A DNA stretch of 57,920 bases. Origin: a virus (lineage: Duplodnaviria; Caudoviricetes). Numbering within the stretch: position 1 is the first letter of the stretch; each line of letters opens with the position of its first letter. Under the pieces are notes generated by a model. The model was not told the DNA's origin, ran no database searches, and worked only from the letters and a program-made list of their open reading frames with translations. Below are positions 12,601 to 21,062 of this stretch, piece by piece. The position numbers and the translations under genes are program-made. The stretch is from positions 1 through 57,920 of IMG/VR virus record IMGVR_UViG_3300011115_000450. One strand, 5' to 3'.

Positions 12601-14482
12601 GATGCTCAGGACGAGGAGCTTTGTTGCGGATGGTTTTGCCATCCGTTGTCATCTCATACTCAGACCCTTTGGAGGTCTTGAATGTAAACGCATGTTCAAC
12701 AGGCGCAGTCTCTGGTTCAGCAGCAGGCTTCTCACCAGTTGGAGTTTGTGGCTCTTCAATCGTTGGTTTGGTTACACCTGTAGGCTCTTCAACACTTGGT
12801 GCTTCCGGCGGGGTAGTGGTTTCCGTCGGGACAGGAGGACGAAGAGACTGCAACCCTTTGATAATGTCATCTTGTTGCCAAGGAGCAAGGTTTTCCCACG
12901 GGGTGTTGCCCGGCACATTGGGGGTCCGCTTTTTAATTTCTAATTGCAGAACGCCTAGATCTGGATTGCCGTTCTTATCTTTCGGCAGCTCATTGATAGC
13001 ATCACCAATAGGACGGCCACCACGAGCTTCGTTCTCCGCCTTTTCTTTTTCTATCCGAACCTGTTCTGCCAAAGCATCGAGATTTGGTTTTTCAGCCGTA
13101 GCAGTGGTCGTTGTCGTAGATGTTTCAGTTGCTGGCTTTGCGCCACCTTCAGGGGGAACAGAGGCCGGGGGAGTTTCCGGCCTCTGCCCCTCAACACCAT
13201 CCGGGGGGGTGGATGATGGAGTCTTTTTCTTTCCTGTATCAAGAAGCTCTTCAACAGTAGTGCGTGGCTTGAAGATCTGGTTGTATTCTTCAGGGGTCAG
13301 AGGCTCAGGCTTGATGCCCTGCTGTGCAAGATCACGAGCCGTTGCAGCTCGTTCTTCAGGACTCATAATAGCAATGTCATCAGCACCGAACTTGCCGCCC
13401 TTGAGGATCTCGGCTTCGGTGACGGATTGGTTACGGGCCTGTGGCTGTTCAGCCGCACCGCCGCCAGCTGGTCCACCTTCCTTTGGCTGACCGCCTTCTG
13501 GTCCACGACCACCGCCCTGTGGTCCTTCCAGCAAACGGTTTGAGGGTGGGCCTTTTGGCCTTCCACCGCCGCTTGGGATAAAACCAGCAGCTTCAAACGG
13601 CAACCCAGTCGCTACGCCTTGGACGTATTCTTTAAGGATCTCTTCTCCGGTCGCTGGCTCTTCATCGTTGACCATCCGCTTCACGCCAGATCCAGTAATA
13701 GATACGGCTGGATATGCTACACCAACTCGTTGGAGCATCCCCTTAAGCCCACCGCCTCCGGGGATCATTCCATAAATTGCACCCTGAGCAGCAGAGATGC
13801 CAGCTTCTTTCATAGCTGCCGCATCAATATCTGACTTATTCTTCATGTAGACGGCGTTGAATTGCTCGGCGTCACCGAAATCGCCACCGCGCTTGCGGGT
13901 CTGGTTAATCAATGCACGAGCATAAGCATCTGCCCCAAACGAAAATGTGCCAGCAGCAGCAGCACCAGCAGGACCACCAGCCATTGTTCCAGCAATAGTG
14001 GCCCCCATAGGCACAATGCTTTCAACCATGCCTTGCCCAGTTTCCTTGGCAAAACCACCAGGATCTTCCTGAACGGCTTTGATAAAGCCTTTTTCTTTTT
14101 CGATCTGGCTGAACTTGGTTGGGTTTTTTTCGCGTTCAGCGTCACGTTTTGCAATGGTATCGAGTGAGCGTTGCAGTGCAGCAACGTCAGCAGGGTCTTG
14201 CGAACCAAGGTTTGCAGCACCGCTGTAGTATGCGACGCCGGGAATATCACCAATGGGAATATCACTGATGTCTGACGCAGGAGCCATCGGCCCAGTTGTG
14301 CTGGGAGCAAATGACATTGGGTCTATAGGAGCAACTTCTTCCTGAGCTACAGGGGCTTGAGTTACCTGTGCTGCTTCTGGACGGCGGGGAGGAATAGGTG
14401 TTTTGAAAACCGGATCATTTTCCCACCATTTGCTGTTGGACTGACCTTGATAAATAGGGTCGTTACTCCACCATTGCGCCAT
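3632..14482 (-). CDS. Large polyvalent DarB-like virion/ejection protein: N6-adenine MTase, strawberry-notch-type SF2 helicase, HExxH zincin, LPD38-like C-terminus
   Basis: VLEPTAGNG and NPPF (MTase); GDQTGIGKGR, DESH, GSTGLSLHA, QTLGRVHRTGQ (helicase); YHEAWH; last gene of the structural operon after the ejection proteins. Confidence 0.85.
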   Translation of the reverse strand: MAQWWSNDPIYQGQSNSKWWENDPVFKTPIPPRRPEAAQVTQAPVAQEEVAPIDPMSFAPSTTGPMAPASDISDIPIGDIPGVAYYSGAANLGSQDPADVAALQRSLDTIAKRDAEREKNPTKFSQIEKEKGFIKAVQEDPGGFAKETGQGMVESIVPMGATIAGTMAGGPAGAAAAGTFSFGADAYARALINQTRKRGGDFGDAEQFNAVYMKNKSDIDAAAMKEAGISAAQGAIYGMIPGGGGLKGMLQRVGVAYPAVSITGSGVKRMVNDEEPATGEEILKEYVQGVATGLPFEAAGFIPSGGGRPKGPPSNRLLEGPQGGGRGPEGGQPKEGGPAGGGAAEQPQARNQSVTEAEILKGGKFGADDIAIMSPEERAATARDLAQQGIKPEPLTPEEYNQIFKPRTTVEELLDTGKKKTPSSTPPDGVEGQRPETPPASVPPEGGAKPATETSTTTTTATAEKPNLDALAEQVRIEKEKAENEARGGRPIGDAINELPKDKNGNPDLGVLQLEIKKRTPNVPGNTPWENLAPWQQDDIIKGLQSLRPPVPTETTTPPEAPSVEEPTGVTKPTIEEPQTPTGEKPAAEPETAPVEHAFTFKTSKGSEYEMTTDGKTIRNKAPRPEHPGDEGIKPQSEKTVFLDRDGANALAPPDNKEWAIVDHNDGTATLVTKNPDGKWGASPSQSKVPYTNTPEIGKYPLELWQGEKTKVVDANGNVPSFFTTTHFGNEVVAVSQYAEMPEQQKPQGGKEETAPPEESTAPEETKPPEEETVTPPATPADEEKPKPKEEEVAEEEAAPPAVEQHKVSYDFFGPNTNKIDHIAGTVYPYLQDGKESGLDFLQMGTLRNHPQIKGSSDKEIQEGIELALVVLARQVALNDPSLPRWMQANTPQGKFDVLQKLYDAQPKLTARTSESIANQAYSTPIPLAYVASRLAGVNWDKSVLEPTAGNGALVIEANPKNTTVNEINRVRRDNLKALGFEPTAKDASYYGFVKGKFDVIIANPPFGTVKAENGSTRSFDMDWVQNGYQTSEIDHAISHAALDHMNENGNAVLIIGSVHPMAVTDKARSDAYHGKAKREFFKTLYDNYNVTDHFTVAGKLYERQGAAWPVDVIVIKGKGKSALPLPAAKVPPLLTSWEQIKEKIPNESEATTVSAPTQPVSETGGEGAGTRAGSSGRPNVQGGDTNKPTKTETTEGIRGEPDVEQSGSGLGVNPEESEDGTPEQKSERFNKLANTKRAELKHEEETETQLPYVPKAQQSAGLGTLAPANMKAAMEYALDALEEKRGDIDAFVADRLKYKPEELEKYFSGEQIDALALAIDNLEKGAGFIIGDQTGIGKGRINAGIIRYALINKLTPIFVTEKDNLYKDMWRDMSNEEGIGLPKYLGRDPKILMTNVSQPIDLDDNEDGKKLTTPPNQEKIFRDAIETKKLPGYDIIFTTYSQMQTVKGENTLRREFLHSMASSSILILDESHNAGGGGAATRGKNKNEELNRADFTRELTQLSQGTFYSSATFAKRPDVMDLYAKTDMGLAVGNIKDLPELLTRGGVPLMSVLSATLAKSGQYMRRERTFAGVKYDAKLVGVDEEIYNDFSRSMGLINKFSGYVKESAMGISAAIRADASSVSSDGSTGGAGAESTNFTSIMHNLINQLLLAMKAKPSVEIALKAIEDGQKPVLTVANTMETFLKTTANDLGLSIGDTVELTFGDLLIRYLNRTRTLTIKKPFMKKGEKGQNHYLTDEELGFAGVEAYNDARNLIESIDFGDLSISPIDYIKYGLEKKGYKVGEITGRQVILDYSGGDGKKRTGQNKVGAPVLATRPGNATTARGKNKTISDFNSGELDAVVINKSGSTGLSLHAKQGFKDVRQRHMIIVQPNENIDTHMQTLGRVHRTGQVIVPEYTQMVADIPAEKRPAAVLAKKMASLNAITTSARKSALTAENIPDFLNEYGDLVAYQFMQDNPEIALMLDIDTRSSHEGDSQNGVRQDVEGLMARLTGRIPLLEIHQQKDIYEDLEGRYADLLSQLEMQGISTLEAKSLDLKAKIIESAVAREATGDSPFSDAVVYGLYNVNRLGKPITARDAINKVLAEQGMGSFAQQVSFPKVSFKKFDLKDVSGWSDEDYLTKSQAFERNDVTALNDLNNMFVKKHVDLVKEYREKFNVYVKESLDDLEDPDRKIRVKDKFDTQERFFTEFAKMLCPGRRVRATLPSGETGQALVIGFKTSDRSANPFVPSNWTVTLAFPSGSPIMNVKLSQMQAGGGSGDKVVVDSLDRNRITDKAESFVETFDMLAKGGAKERRVIITGNILAGFDINDGLGQIINFTTEDGKIEQGILLNRMIKDLEFALRRTKTKIKTVAELKAAVNSAPKKFIVSKDDASVLIKQEYTGYQVSVNSARSKGGAYFLDGKLRELLGGSGFYSNGRKMTTPYISKDVADQFFARILEIGANFEGAANVNKTSYSVLRPALKTETAHVVPEAYKEFEGIIKRTLGEKARVEFVEQIKVTDSQAAMDSGGELDDYASGSNDRLTNMIYLATSLEHGASLPDATYHEAWHSLEDKLTPAERKAIADARPENNRLVAQYYGVPVEKIEALSTSEQDAYAMGMFGAKADANVKAVAMGRASYEVFGKVWLTYRRFRNVVNKLFGKKSMDSIFNDFYVGGMADRLEMEADVMADKMGVNTSDLAYMALRQKRKGPPTPQSYEVHEDTLKSELMYGLVDKYNDISMIQRAIEKARGSKLPETMDVEMSIGLFNNRVVARQEQVWDKELQPLLDEMAKLKIEEADLVEFVYARHAPERNAKMAKRDPKRFPHGGSGMENDDAQDIEDALKKKGIYDTLVRLDEKFVRPIIRADLKERLAAGLLTQDQYDEYTKPYSEGGYDFYVPLRGYAEQDADAEINSRGLRRGFGFSVSGKEYKASMGRKSRAYNPFQNLIQQRMDGIVRQEKNRVDRALYLLIKNNPNVNFAEILDSKNMPMVKYLAADGTVRQRPDTSIYRSEVTIPFKISGESRYIVFNDENPAMVRLVKSLKNLPNDSPSKLAKFTFEIGRFMSKINTAWVPDFFLTNFPRDVQDAMIALYGTKEGFATNFMTELAGAGKIIAKAETVGGLSAKDKALYDEWILSGGRMEYGGFENLEKVQSKISREMFKAFYDKKTTNEKLVHGMMESGRLTIAALEKTNQIFESTVRFAVYLAARKGGYTQGKAADLSLNATVNFQKKGAWMPGLNALKPFLSAGVGGIRNFARFLMSKRFRRALYGIIFLAFLTGLLGVWMNDDDENDPGKNTYYTQVKGWERSKNVIIPVKNKDGNFYKFDLGFLIKSAWNIGDNMAAVATGNMTAEDAAVNIAASAVDSFNPASQGSFWSAILPWFVLPVVQLAVNRDSFGNRIHPEPGTKNAEKPASEQYSSKTPSWTVDLASYLNRITGGDEFEKGKIDLYPGTIDYWAKSLAGQTGQYVQRTYKSIVDGLEGIPTPMEESPLFRRIVTKSANISEGAYYDKRKEIFAKEQLLNNAWEEAASSGSPAAERKVNQLTEELGIQTRGNNLVRKNSLPDLVRKNDKILNDYREDIDHIKGDDKLSPLAKKKQISDIEDLMREQMNATRAYINASKDVEKSPLQRLKEAYGR

Positions 14483-14494
14483 CAAAGTCTCCTA

Positions 14495-15226
14495 TTAAGC
14501 CGGTGGCTTATTGCTTCTGTCCGGTATCGTTCTAATTGTTCCGTCGGGATCTTTATACTGAGAGTTTGCCGGCAAAGCGTTACGCTCTTGCTGATTCCGA
14601 GGAATGTAGTAGAAACCTTCCTTCGGGATTGATTCTAGACTAATCGGCCCACCACCGCCACCAGAATTTCCACTTCCACCAGCACCTTGTCCACCAGCAC
14701 GAGCCTGTTTCTTGGCCAGCGCATCTTTGAATGGTCTCATAGCCTCTTCGTATGCTCTGTTCCGGCGGTCATATTCGGCTTGTTTATCAGGCAAAATTTC
14801 CCCCGTCCGAGGGTTTCGCAACAGCCGATCATCTAAGTTAAACTGCTCACGATACAGCTTGTCAGCGTTTGCAACCCGACTCAGATCCTCAACGCTTGGG
14901 CCAAGCTCTGCATCCCTATCCTGCTTCTGCTGCATCAGCCACAAACGGGCAGTTGCTTCCTTAATCTGTGCTTGTTTATCTTCAGCCGCAGTTTTCTGTT
15001 CACGGATGGCCCGAAGCGGACCAGCTGCTGCATTGGCTGCATTGGAAATGCTTTCACCAAACCCGCCAGTCCGTGTCGGGGCAAACATGCCACCAGCAAT
15101 CGCCAGCATGACAGGATCGACATTGCCCAGCATGGACTGAGGTTTGTTCTGCGCCTCCTGCAACATCGTTTCGCGCTGCTTGTTGAAGTTATACAGATCC
15201 TGCAAGGGGTTCATTGATTCAGCCAT
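14495..15226 (-). CDS. Putative ejection/internal virion protein
   Basis: Position; LAIAGGMFAPTRTGGFGESISNA followed by a coiled coil. Confidence 0.6.
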   Translation of the reverse strand: MAESMNPLQDLYNFNKQRETMLQEAQNKPQSMLGNVDPVMLAIAGGMFAPTRTGGFGESISNAANAAAGPLRAIREQKTAAEDKQAQIKEATARLWLMQQKQDRDAELGPSVEDLSRVANADKLYREQFNLDDRLLRNPRTGEILPDKQAEYDRRNRAYEEAMRPFKDALAKKQARAGGQGAGGSGNSGGGGGPISLESIPKEGFYYIPRNQQERNALPANSQYKDPDGTIRTIPDRSNKPPA

Positions 15227-15229
15227 GAC

Positions 15230-16369
15230 TTATCTCCCGCGACCACGAGTTGACCGACGATTGTTGTTCCGTTTCTTCTGCCCACCCTTGGCAAATTTGA
15301 CTTTGGACAGATCAGGGTCAATGCTTGCTACCTGAGCAAGTGGGGCTTTCATATCTGCCACTGCATCAACCTTCCCACCTTCAGCCTTGCCGGTAAAAGC
15401 GTTCAACAATGAATAGCCACCGATCATCTGCGACAATGGAGATGCGCCATATTGGCTTGCAGGGCCAGTGTTCTGGTAGTTTGTTTGAGTTCCATACGGC
15501 AACCCACGGATCAAGGCATTGAGCATGGACAGCTGCTGATTGGGGTAGTCACGCTGTTGCATGAAGTCATTGTAAGCCATATCAAGGCTTTTCTGACCTT
15601 GCTGCTGCTGTGTATTACCGACAGCTTCCAAAGCGGCCAGATCTTTGAAGTTAACAGTCTGCCCAAGGTTTGCCAAAGTTCCCATCTGACCAGCCGCCTG
15701 AAGCTGATCACGGGCAGTCTGCGATGCAAGGTTGCCTGATAGCTGGCCTAGATTGCCGTAGCGGGAAAGATCACTCTGCGCCGCAGTCATTGCGCTGTTG
15801 TAGCCCTGCTGCAAAGCCTTGTCCTGTTCGCTTAGAACGGCTTCTTGCGTATCGCGCAGACCCTTACCAACCGCACCCTGCATTGCGCTAGAGCCATATT
15901 GCCCAGCGCGAATGAAGTTCTGGTTGATGTTGGGCAGTAACTTTTCTTTAAGGTTTCTGCCTCCAAGTGTGGCGATCTGATCCGTGACGTTGGACATATA
16001 CGGGTTCATATACCCGCCAACAACATCGGCAGCTGACTGGCCTGATGCTTGAATGAATGGGTTTGCAGCCGCAGATGCGTTATTGTTTTGAACCGCACCA
16101 CCAGTCATATCCAGTGCATTTTGAAATGTGGGGGCGTATTGCCCAACAGAACTTTGCGTCTGGGAAAATGCTTGCTGTTGCTCAGGAGTGAATTGAGCAA
16201 GGCGCGGACCCCCATATAGTTGATATGGTTCTGCCGATACCGCATTAGCTCGATTCAAAAGGCCGAGCGTGTAGTCCGTCATAAACGTCGGGATGCCCGT
16301 TGTTGATTTCCCGTATGTTGTCGTGGCGGCAGGAACCTGTCCTTGGAAAAGAAAATCAAGCATACCCAT
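15230..16369 (-). CDS. Putative DNA-ejection (pilot) protein
   Basis: Q/A/G-rich, with the YMNPY and GQYGSS motifs seen in podoviral ejection proteins. Confidence 0.65.
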   Translation of the reverse strand: MGMLDFLFQGQVPAATTTYGKSTTGIPTFMTDYTLGLLNRANAVSAEPYQLYGGPRLAQFTPEQQQAFSQTQSSVGQYAPTFQNALDMTGGAVQNNNASAAANPFIQASGQSAADVVGGYMNPYMSNVTDQIATLGGRNLKEKLLPNINQNFIRAGQYGSSAMQGAVGKGLRDTQEAVLSEQDKALQQGYNSAMTAAQSDLSRYGNLGQLSGNLASQTARDQLQAAGQMGTLANLGQTVNFKDLAALEAVGNTQQQQGQKSLDMAYNDFMQQRDYPNQQLSMLNALIRGLPYGTQTNYQNTGPASQYGASPLSQMIGGYSLLNAFTGKAEGGKVDAVADMKAPLAQVASIDPDLSKVKFAKGGQKKRNNNRRSTRGRGR

Positions 16370-16371
16370 CG

Positions 16372-17469
16372 TTAAGCTCCTTTCACATAAGAAAGCGGAC
16401 CTTTGGCAGATGGAGCAAAATTACCCTGAGCCAACGATTTACCTTTATGTTTTCGTATGTTTTCGCGCATTTCGTCAAGTTTTTTAGCCCCTGCATCTGA
16501 CGATCCATCGCCAAGCATAGAAACTGTTTGAGCATCAATTACATACTCTCCATCTGACAATCGAGCGGGGATGCTATCCGACGTTCCAGTGCCGCCCCCT
16601 TTGACATACCGCCCCTGTGCAGCAGGAAGCCTATTGTTGTTAAAAAATGATTGTTGTGGACCATACCCATAATTGGTGTCTACCTTGTATGCAGTTTGTT
16701 GCCGATCAAATGGGACATTAGACAAGTGACGGCCCTGTCCATAGTCATCATCATTTTGCCCAGCAACACCTGTTTTCTTGCCCCCACTGTTGCTTGCCGC
16801 CGCAGCCCCCATCAACAAAAGAGGGGCCATTTTCATTAAGTCAAACCCACCTTTACCACCAAACATGCTGCTAAAAATGCTAGACCCGCCTTTTGCAGAA
16901 GCATTGCCGCCAGTGGTTCCAGTAGAATCTGCAATGCTTGCATCTCTTACGCCGCCAGCCGTTGATCCGGCATTTGCAGCTGCGGTTGGACCCATGCCAA
17001 GATAATCCAAAACATACGGTGACGCGCCACCGGCCAAACCGCCGATTAATGCCGCTTTCCCGCCACCTCCTGTCAGCAGTCCAGCACCGGCCCCTAGCAA
17101 CCCGCTGCCAATAGCCGTAGAGGCTGTTGATGATAACCCAAGGCCAAGAGCGTCATTGATGCCTGATCCGAGATAATCGCCAGCACCAAGAAGCGTTGCA
17201 CCAATACCCACAGCAGGGCCAACCCAATCTTTAACATCATCCCACATGCTGAAGGCAGGAATACCTGTCTGCGGGTTGATCTTAGGCTCACCAAACTGCT
17301 GCTTCATCCATTCGTATTCGTCCTTGTTAATGTGGACGATCATGGTGTCATCGTGCTGGCCAGCTTTGCTAACGCGATTAGCGGCTTCGTTTAGGCCACC
17401 ACGGGCATACTTTTCAGGGCGAGCAGAGAAATTTACAGACACAGGAAATGTATCGACCATTTTACTCAC
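16372..17469 (-). CDS. Putative ejection/internal virion protein
   Basis: Gly-rich hydrophobic segments; GTGTSDSIPARLSDGEYVI motif. Confidence 0.65.
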   Translation of the reverse strand: MSKMVDTFPVSVNFSARPEKYARGGLNEAANRVSKAGQHDDTMIVHINKDEYEWMKQQFGEPKINPQTGIPAFSMWDDVKDWVGPAVGIGATLLGAGDYLGSGINDALGLGLSSTASTAIGSGLLGAGAGLLTGGGGKAALIGGLAGGASPYVLDYLGMGPTAAANAGSTAGGVRDASIADSTGTTGGNASAKGGSSIFSSMFGGKGGFDLMKMAPLLLMGAAAASNSGGKKTGVAGQNDDDYGQGRHLSNVPFDRQQTAYKVDTNYGYGPQQSFFNNNRLPAAQGRYVKGGGTGTSDSIPARLSDGEYVIDAQTVSMLGDGSSDAGAKKLDEMRENIRKHKGKSLAQGNFAPSAKGPLSYVKGA

Positions 17470-17701
17470 CTGTCACAGTTTGGAGCAATCTTTCAGCCCA
17501 ATCACGCCAATCGTCAAACTCGTATGGATCTGGAACGTATCCCTGCCACTCATTGTTAATAAGCATAACAGACCTTGCCCATTCCCGCCATTGTTTTGGA
17601 TCTTCCAAACGGCCCAAATATCCCCCATTTTTAATGAGTTCAGGGGCCATTTTGTCGGTCCACTCAAAGACATCCATCATTATTGGGTTGATACCGATCA
17701 T
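17462..17701 (-). CDS. Hypothetical protein
   Basis: Coupled ORF; PDPYEFDDWRDWA. Confidence 0.65.
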   Translation of the reverse strand: MIGINPIMMDVFEWTDKMAPELIKNGGYLGRLEDPKQWREWARSVMLINNEWQGYVPDPYEFDDWRDWAERLLQTVTGE

Positions 17702-19503
17702 CCAAGCACCGTCCCGTCTGCTGGTTCGATATGCGCCAAAGTCTGCCCAAGTTGATAATCGCCACCCACCGCATTGCTGATGAACTTGAACCTCATCTGT
17801 CTGCGGATTGTCTTGAAATACACAACCTGATCCTGCACAGGCATCCCGTCCGTCACTTCAGGAAAGTATTGTGGGTCTGTGCTGACTTCAGGAGATCTAG
17901 CGTTGGCCCGGCCCGTAACCTCAACAGACATTTCACCCTTTTGAACGAAGTCTGGCTCAATCATCACAACGCGCAAGCTCTTATTCTGAGAGTCATTTGC
18001 GGCAGGAAGGCTGATGTCAGACGTTTCAAAGTATGACAGGATTGGAGTCAACAATGACCCTGTGTTTTCGTCTAGCCCTTTTTCGTGCATCCAAAGGGAA
18101 TAACCAGTCAGGGCATTAACGGTGATCTTGAACCCAGATCCGCCGCCACCAAGCGCGGTAGATGCTACGGTTAAAATGTCGCCTACCTGATAATTGATGC
18201 CAGTGTTTACCAGTGTGACGCTTGTAACTGCGCCACTAGCTACAACGATATTTGCCGTCGCTTCCGAACCGCCGATATATGTGGAGCCTGAAGTGTAGAT
18301 TAGCGGGACTTGGTAGTATGTTCCATCCGTATAGCTAGATCCGGGGATAAGCGTTCCAAGTTCGAGAATGGAGTTGATGCTCGTTGTCCCGGTCATCAAA
18401 GGATATTGGAACACTTTTGCGTATTGACCGTTGCTGCGGCCATAGTTTGGTAGGATTGTGTCATACCAAGTTTGCTCACGCACATTGTAGATAACAGCAT
18501 GGGTGCAATTTTCCGCATCCCCGAACGGGAAGCACCACCAGATTTCACCCCACCGAGGAACCTTAAATGAATAGACCTTCTGACGCTGGTTGTAGTTCAG
18601 ATTGTCGTAGAACCAATTAAGGTTCATGTCGTTCGGGACTTCTCGAACAACGCCGTTATACATCATAAACTGGTCAACCCCAGCCCAGAAATACACGCCG
18701 TTGTATTCAACGACACACTGTTGCGAAAGGATTGAGCTTTCGTCGGTCAGTGTATCGAATGACCACGTTGCGTCGCCGCCAACATACGACACGCGCAAGA
18801 GGCTATCCAAACTCCACAGCAAAGCAGAGGGAGCATTTGCTGCACCGCCGCGAGTCACAATTCCAAATACTATCTTCTGCGCTGTGACATAGGCATCACC
18901 ACCGCCATTTGCCACCGTCCAATCGGTAAGATCATCTGGAGCAGACCAAGCAAAATAGCCGTTTGACCCATAGGCTGTTAGATACGGGTGCATGACCAAC
19001 ACGCCACCAGAAACAGATGGTGATGTCCCGCCAATAGGCACAAGGCGGTCAATCGAGTTCATCGGACCGCCATAGATAGGAAGTGCTGCATCGCTCGAAA
19101 TATCGGCCAAAGAAGGAGAAGCATGAGCAATTAAAGCCGCAGAAGCTGTGATTGGGTCATAGATTGCGTCCATGCTCCAAATGTTGTTGCCATCTTTTGT
19201 GAATGTCAGTGGGGTTCTGTCATACGTCTGAGATGTCGCAAAGTCATCCATGCCAACGGTAATTTGCTCTAGGTAGTTTGCGCTACCAATATGCAGATAC
19301 AGAATATTGTTGTTTGACCACGAATAAATGCCAGTCGCAATTCCACTGACGCTGTTTGACAGCTGCTTGTAGCCACCCATTTTACGAGGCAGTTTTCTGT
19401 GGAATCTGCACCACTGGCCATCAACGTAGAAGTCACCTTCGTATTTGGTTCCGTCACGTTTGATGCCAGCTAATGATGCTATTTTGACTGGTTTTGTGGC
19501 CAT
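17698..19503 (-). CDS. Putative tail nozzle / DNA-stabilisation protein
   Basis: 601 aa, beta-rich; EIWWCFP..AVIYN..W; located before the ejection genes. Confidence 0.6.
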   Translation of the reverse strand: MATKPVKIASLAGIKRDGTKYEGDFYVDGQWCRFHRKLPRKMGGYKQLSNSVSGIATGIYSWSNNNILYLHIGSANYLEQITVGMDDFATSQTYDRTPLTFTKDGNNIWSMDAIYDPITASAALIAHASPSLADISSDAALPIYGGPMNSIDRLVPIGGTSPSVSGGVLVMHPYLTAYGSNGYFAWSAPDDLTDWTVANGGGDAYVTAQKIVFGIVTRGGAANAPSALLWSLDSLLRVSYVGGDATWSFDTLTDESSILSQQCVVEYNGVYFWAGVDQFMMYNGVVREVPNDMNLNWFYDNLNYNQRQKVYSFKVPRWGEIWWCFPFGDAENCTHAVIYNVREQTWYDTILPNYGRSNGQYAKVFQYPLMTGTTSINSILELGTLIPGSSYTDGTYYQVPLIYTSGSTYIGGSEATANIVVASGAVTSVTLVNTGINYQVGDILTVASTALGGGGSGFKITVNALTGYSLWMHEKGLDENTGSLLTPILSYFETSDISLPAANDSQNKSLRVVMIEPDFVQKGEMSVEVTGRANARSPEVSTDPQYFPEVTDGMPVQDQVVYFKTIRRQMRFKFISNAVGGDYQLGQTLAHIEPADGTVLG

Positions 19504-21062
19504 TACCCAAGCCCTACCGCATAAGCGATTGCGACATTTGTTGTTTCTGCTGTTGAGTAAACATCAAGGGCAGTTCGTGCCGCTGTAGCTGTGACTGTCG
19601 CAACCGGGATGGAGAACCCTGCACCTGAGCCGCCGATGCTTGTGTTAGCAGCCGAAAGAGTATCCCCTACAAGATAGCCAGATCCGGGGTTAACAAGCGT
19701 TACAGCCGAAACCGCACCAGCAGCAACTGTAATATTTGCTGTTGCGCCAGTTCCAGATCCACCTGTGAGGGCAACGGCTGGATAGCTTCCCGTCCCAAGA
19801 TAGCCAGACCCCCCAGTGATTGAGCCAAGGGTTGCAATGGCATATGGCGAAGTGAACAGAGTCTTGCCAAGCGTTGATGCGCCAAGTGTAGTCTGAGCCG
19901 CAGCCTGAGTTGTCGTTGCAAACAGCGCAATACCAGTTGAGCCACCGCCAAGATTAATCAAGGCTTGCGATGCTGTCGTTGCTCCAGTGCCACCGTTGGC
20001 AATCGAAATAGGTGTGGAGATGCCAGCTGTTGCCGCATTGACTACGTTGGTTCCGTCGCAATACAGGATAGCGCGAGAGTTTTGCGGGACGGCATACCCA
20101 GTTGCTGTCGGCGAAGTCCTGATGGTGACAGTGAAAGACCCAGTTGTTGCGTTATCGACCCAATATTGCTGGATTGTCGGGGGAACAATCACATTAATAT
20201 CGGCGTTAAGCGCACCAGTGAATTTGTAGGCAATCCTATTCTGTTCAGCAGATGACAGCGTGTAGTTATATGGATTGGGAGTTGATGAGCTTGGCAACAC
20301 AATCTGAGTGTAATCAAACGCAAAGTTTACGTTCTGGCCAAACCCGATTGTGTAATAGCTAGTGCCGTCGCAGAAGATAATGCAGGACTCTGTTGGGGCA
20401 ATATCCTTCGTCAGAGATCCGTCGATGGTTGCCGACCCAGATGGGTTGATAGTAAGAACACCCGTCCCTTGGTTGCGAAGATTAACGAACCAGTCACTCC
20501 CCACCGTAACAGGGTTATCAAGGGTCAGAACGCCACTGGAGCCAGTCCATAGCACAACACTAGCTCGTTGCGCCGATGATATTGAATAGCTGGTAGAAAT
20601 GGAAAGGACAGGCATTGACTGGTTAAGAGTCGTCGTGATTGCCTTAATGCCGTATCCAGCAAGAGCCGCAGCGTTACCAGACCCAACCGTTGCGCCATAC
20701 TGAAGAGCAACCCACACCCCAGCAGCAGTCGTATTGTCGCTGACATAAACTTGCCAAAGCTGGCCAGTCGTCGGAGCGCAAATCGTTGTCCCCGCCGCAT
20801 TAACAATCGTAAAGGTCTGTGTCCCGACATTGTTAAAAAGGATTGTCTGGCCAGTTGACGCTAGATTTGCATCTGGCAGGAAGATCTTCTTCCCGCTTGT
20901 CGTGCAGTTAACATCGACAATCGCAGCTGCAATATCAACGACATTGTTGGTCTCAAGCGGCCATGAAAGGACAACATCAGCAGGACTGAGCGTCAGTGCA
21001 TAGTATGACACATTGCTTGGGTAGATCGTGGACCCACCAAACACATTTGTATAAACGCTCAT
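19503..21062 (-). CDS. Tail/structural protein
   Basis: T/S/G/A-rich beta protein; ISIANGGTGATTA fibre-type motif. Confidence 0.6.
   Translation of the reverse strand: MSVYTNVFGGSTIYPSNVSYYALTLSPADVVLSWPLETNNVVDIAAAIVDVNCTTSGKKIFLPDANLASTGQTILFNNVGTQTFTIVNAAGTTICAPTTGQLWQVYVSDNTTAAGVWVALQYGATVGSGNAAALAGYGIKAITTTLNQSMPVLSISTSYSISSAQRASVVLWTGSSGVLTLDNPVTVGSDWFVNLRNQGTGVLTINPSGSATIDGSLTKDIAPTESCIIFCDGTSYYTIGFGQNVNFAFDYTQIVLPSSSTPNPYNYTLSSAEQNRIAYKFTGALNADINVIVPPTIQQYWVDNATTGSFTVTIRTSPTATGYAVPQNSRAILYCDGTNVVNAATAGISTPISIANGGTGATTASQALINLGGGSTGIALFATTTQAAAQTTLGASTLGKTLFTSPYAIATLGSITGGSGYLGTGSYPAVALTGGSGTGATANITVAAGAVSAVTLVNPGSGYLVGDTLSAANTSIGGSGAGFSIPVATVTATAARTALDVYSTAETTNVAIAYAVGLG

Noticed and set aside
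12582-13490. 302-aa + strand ORF and other long antisense ORFs (e.g. 7350-8009, 30252-30932, 32811-33398)
   Set aside because: Shadows of well-supported - strand genes, with no recognisable motifs
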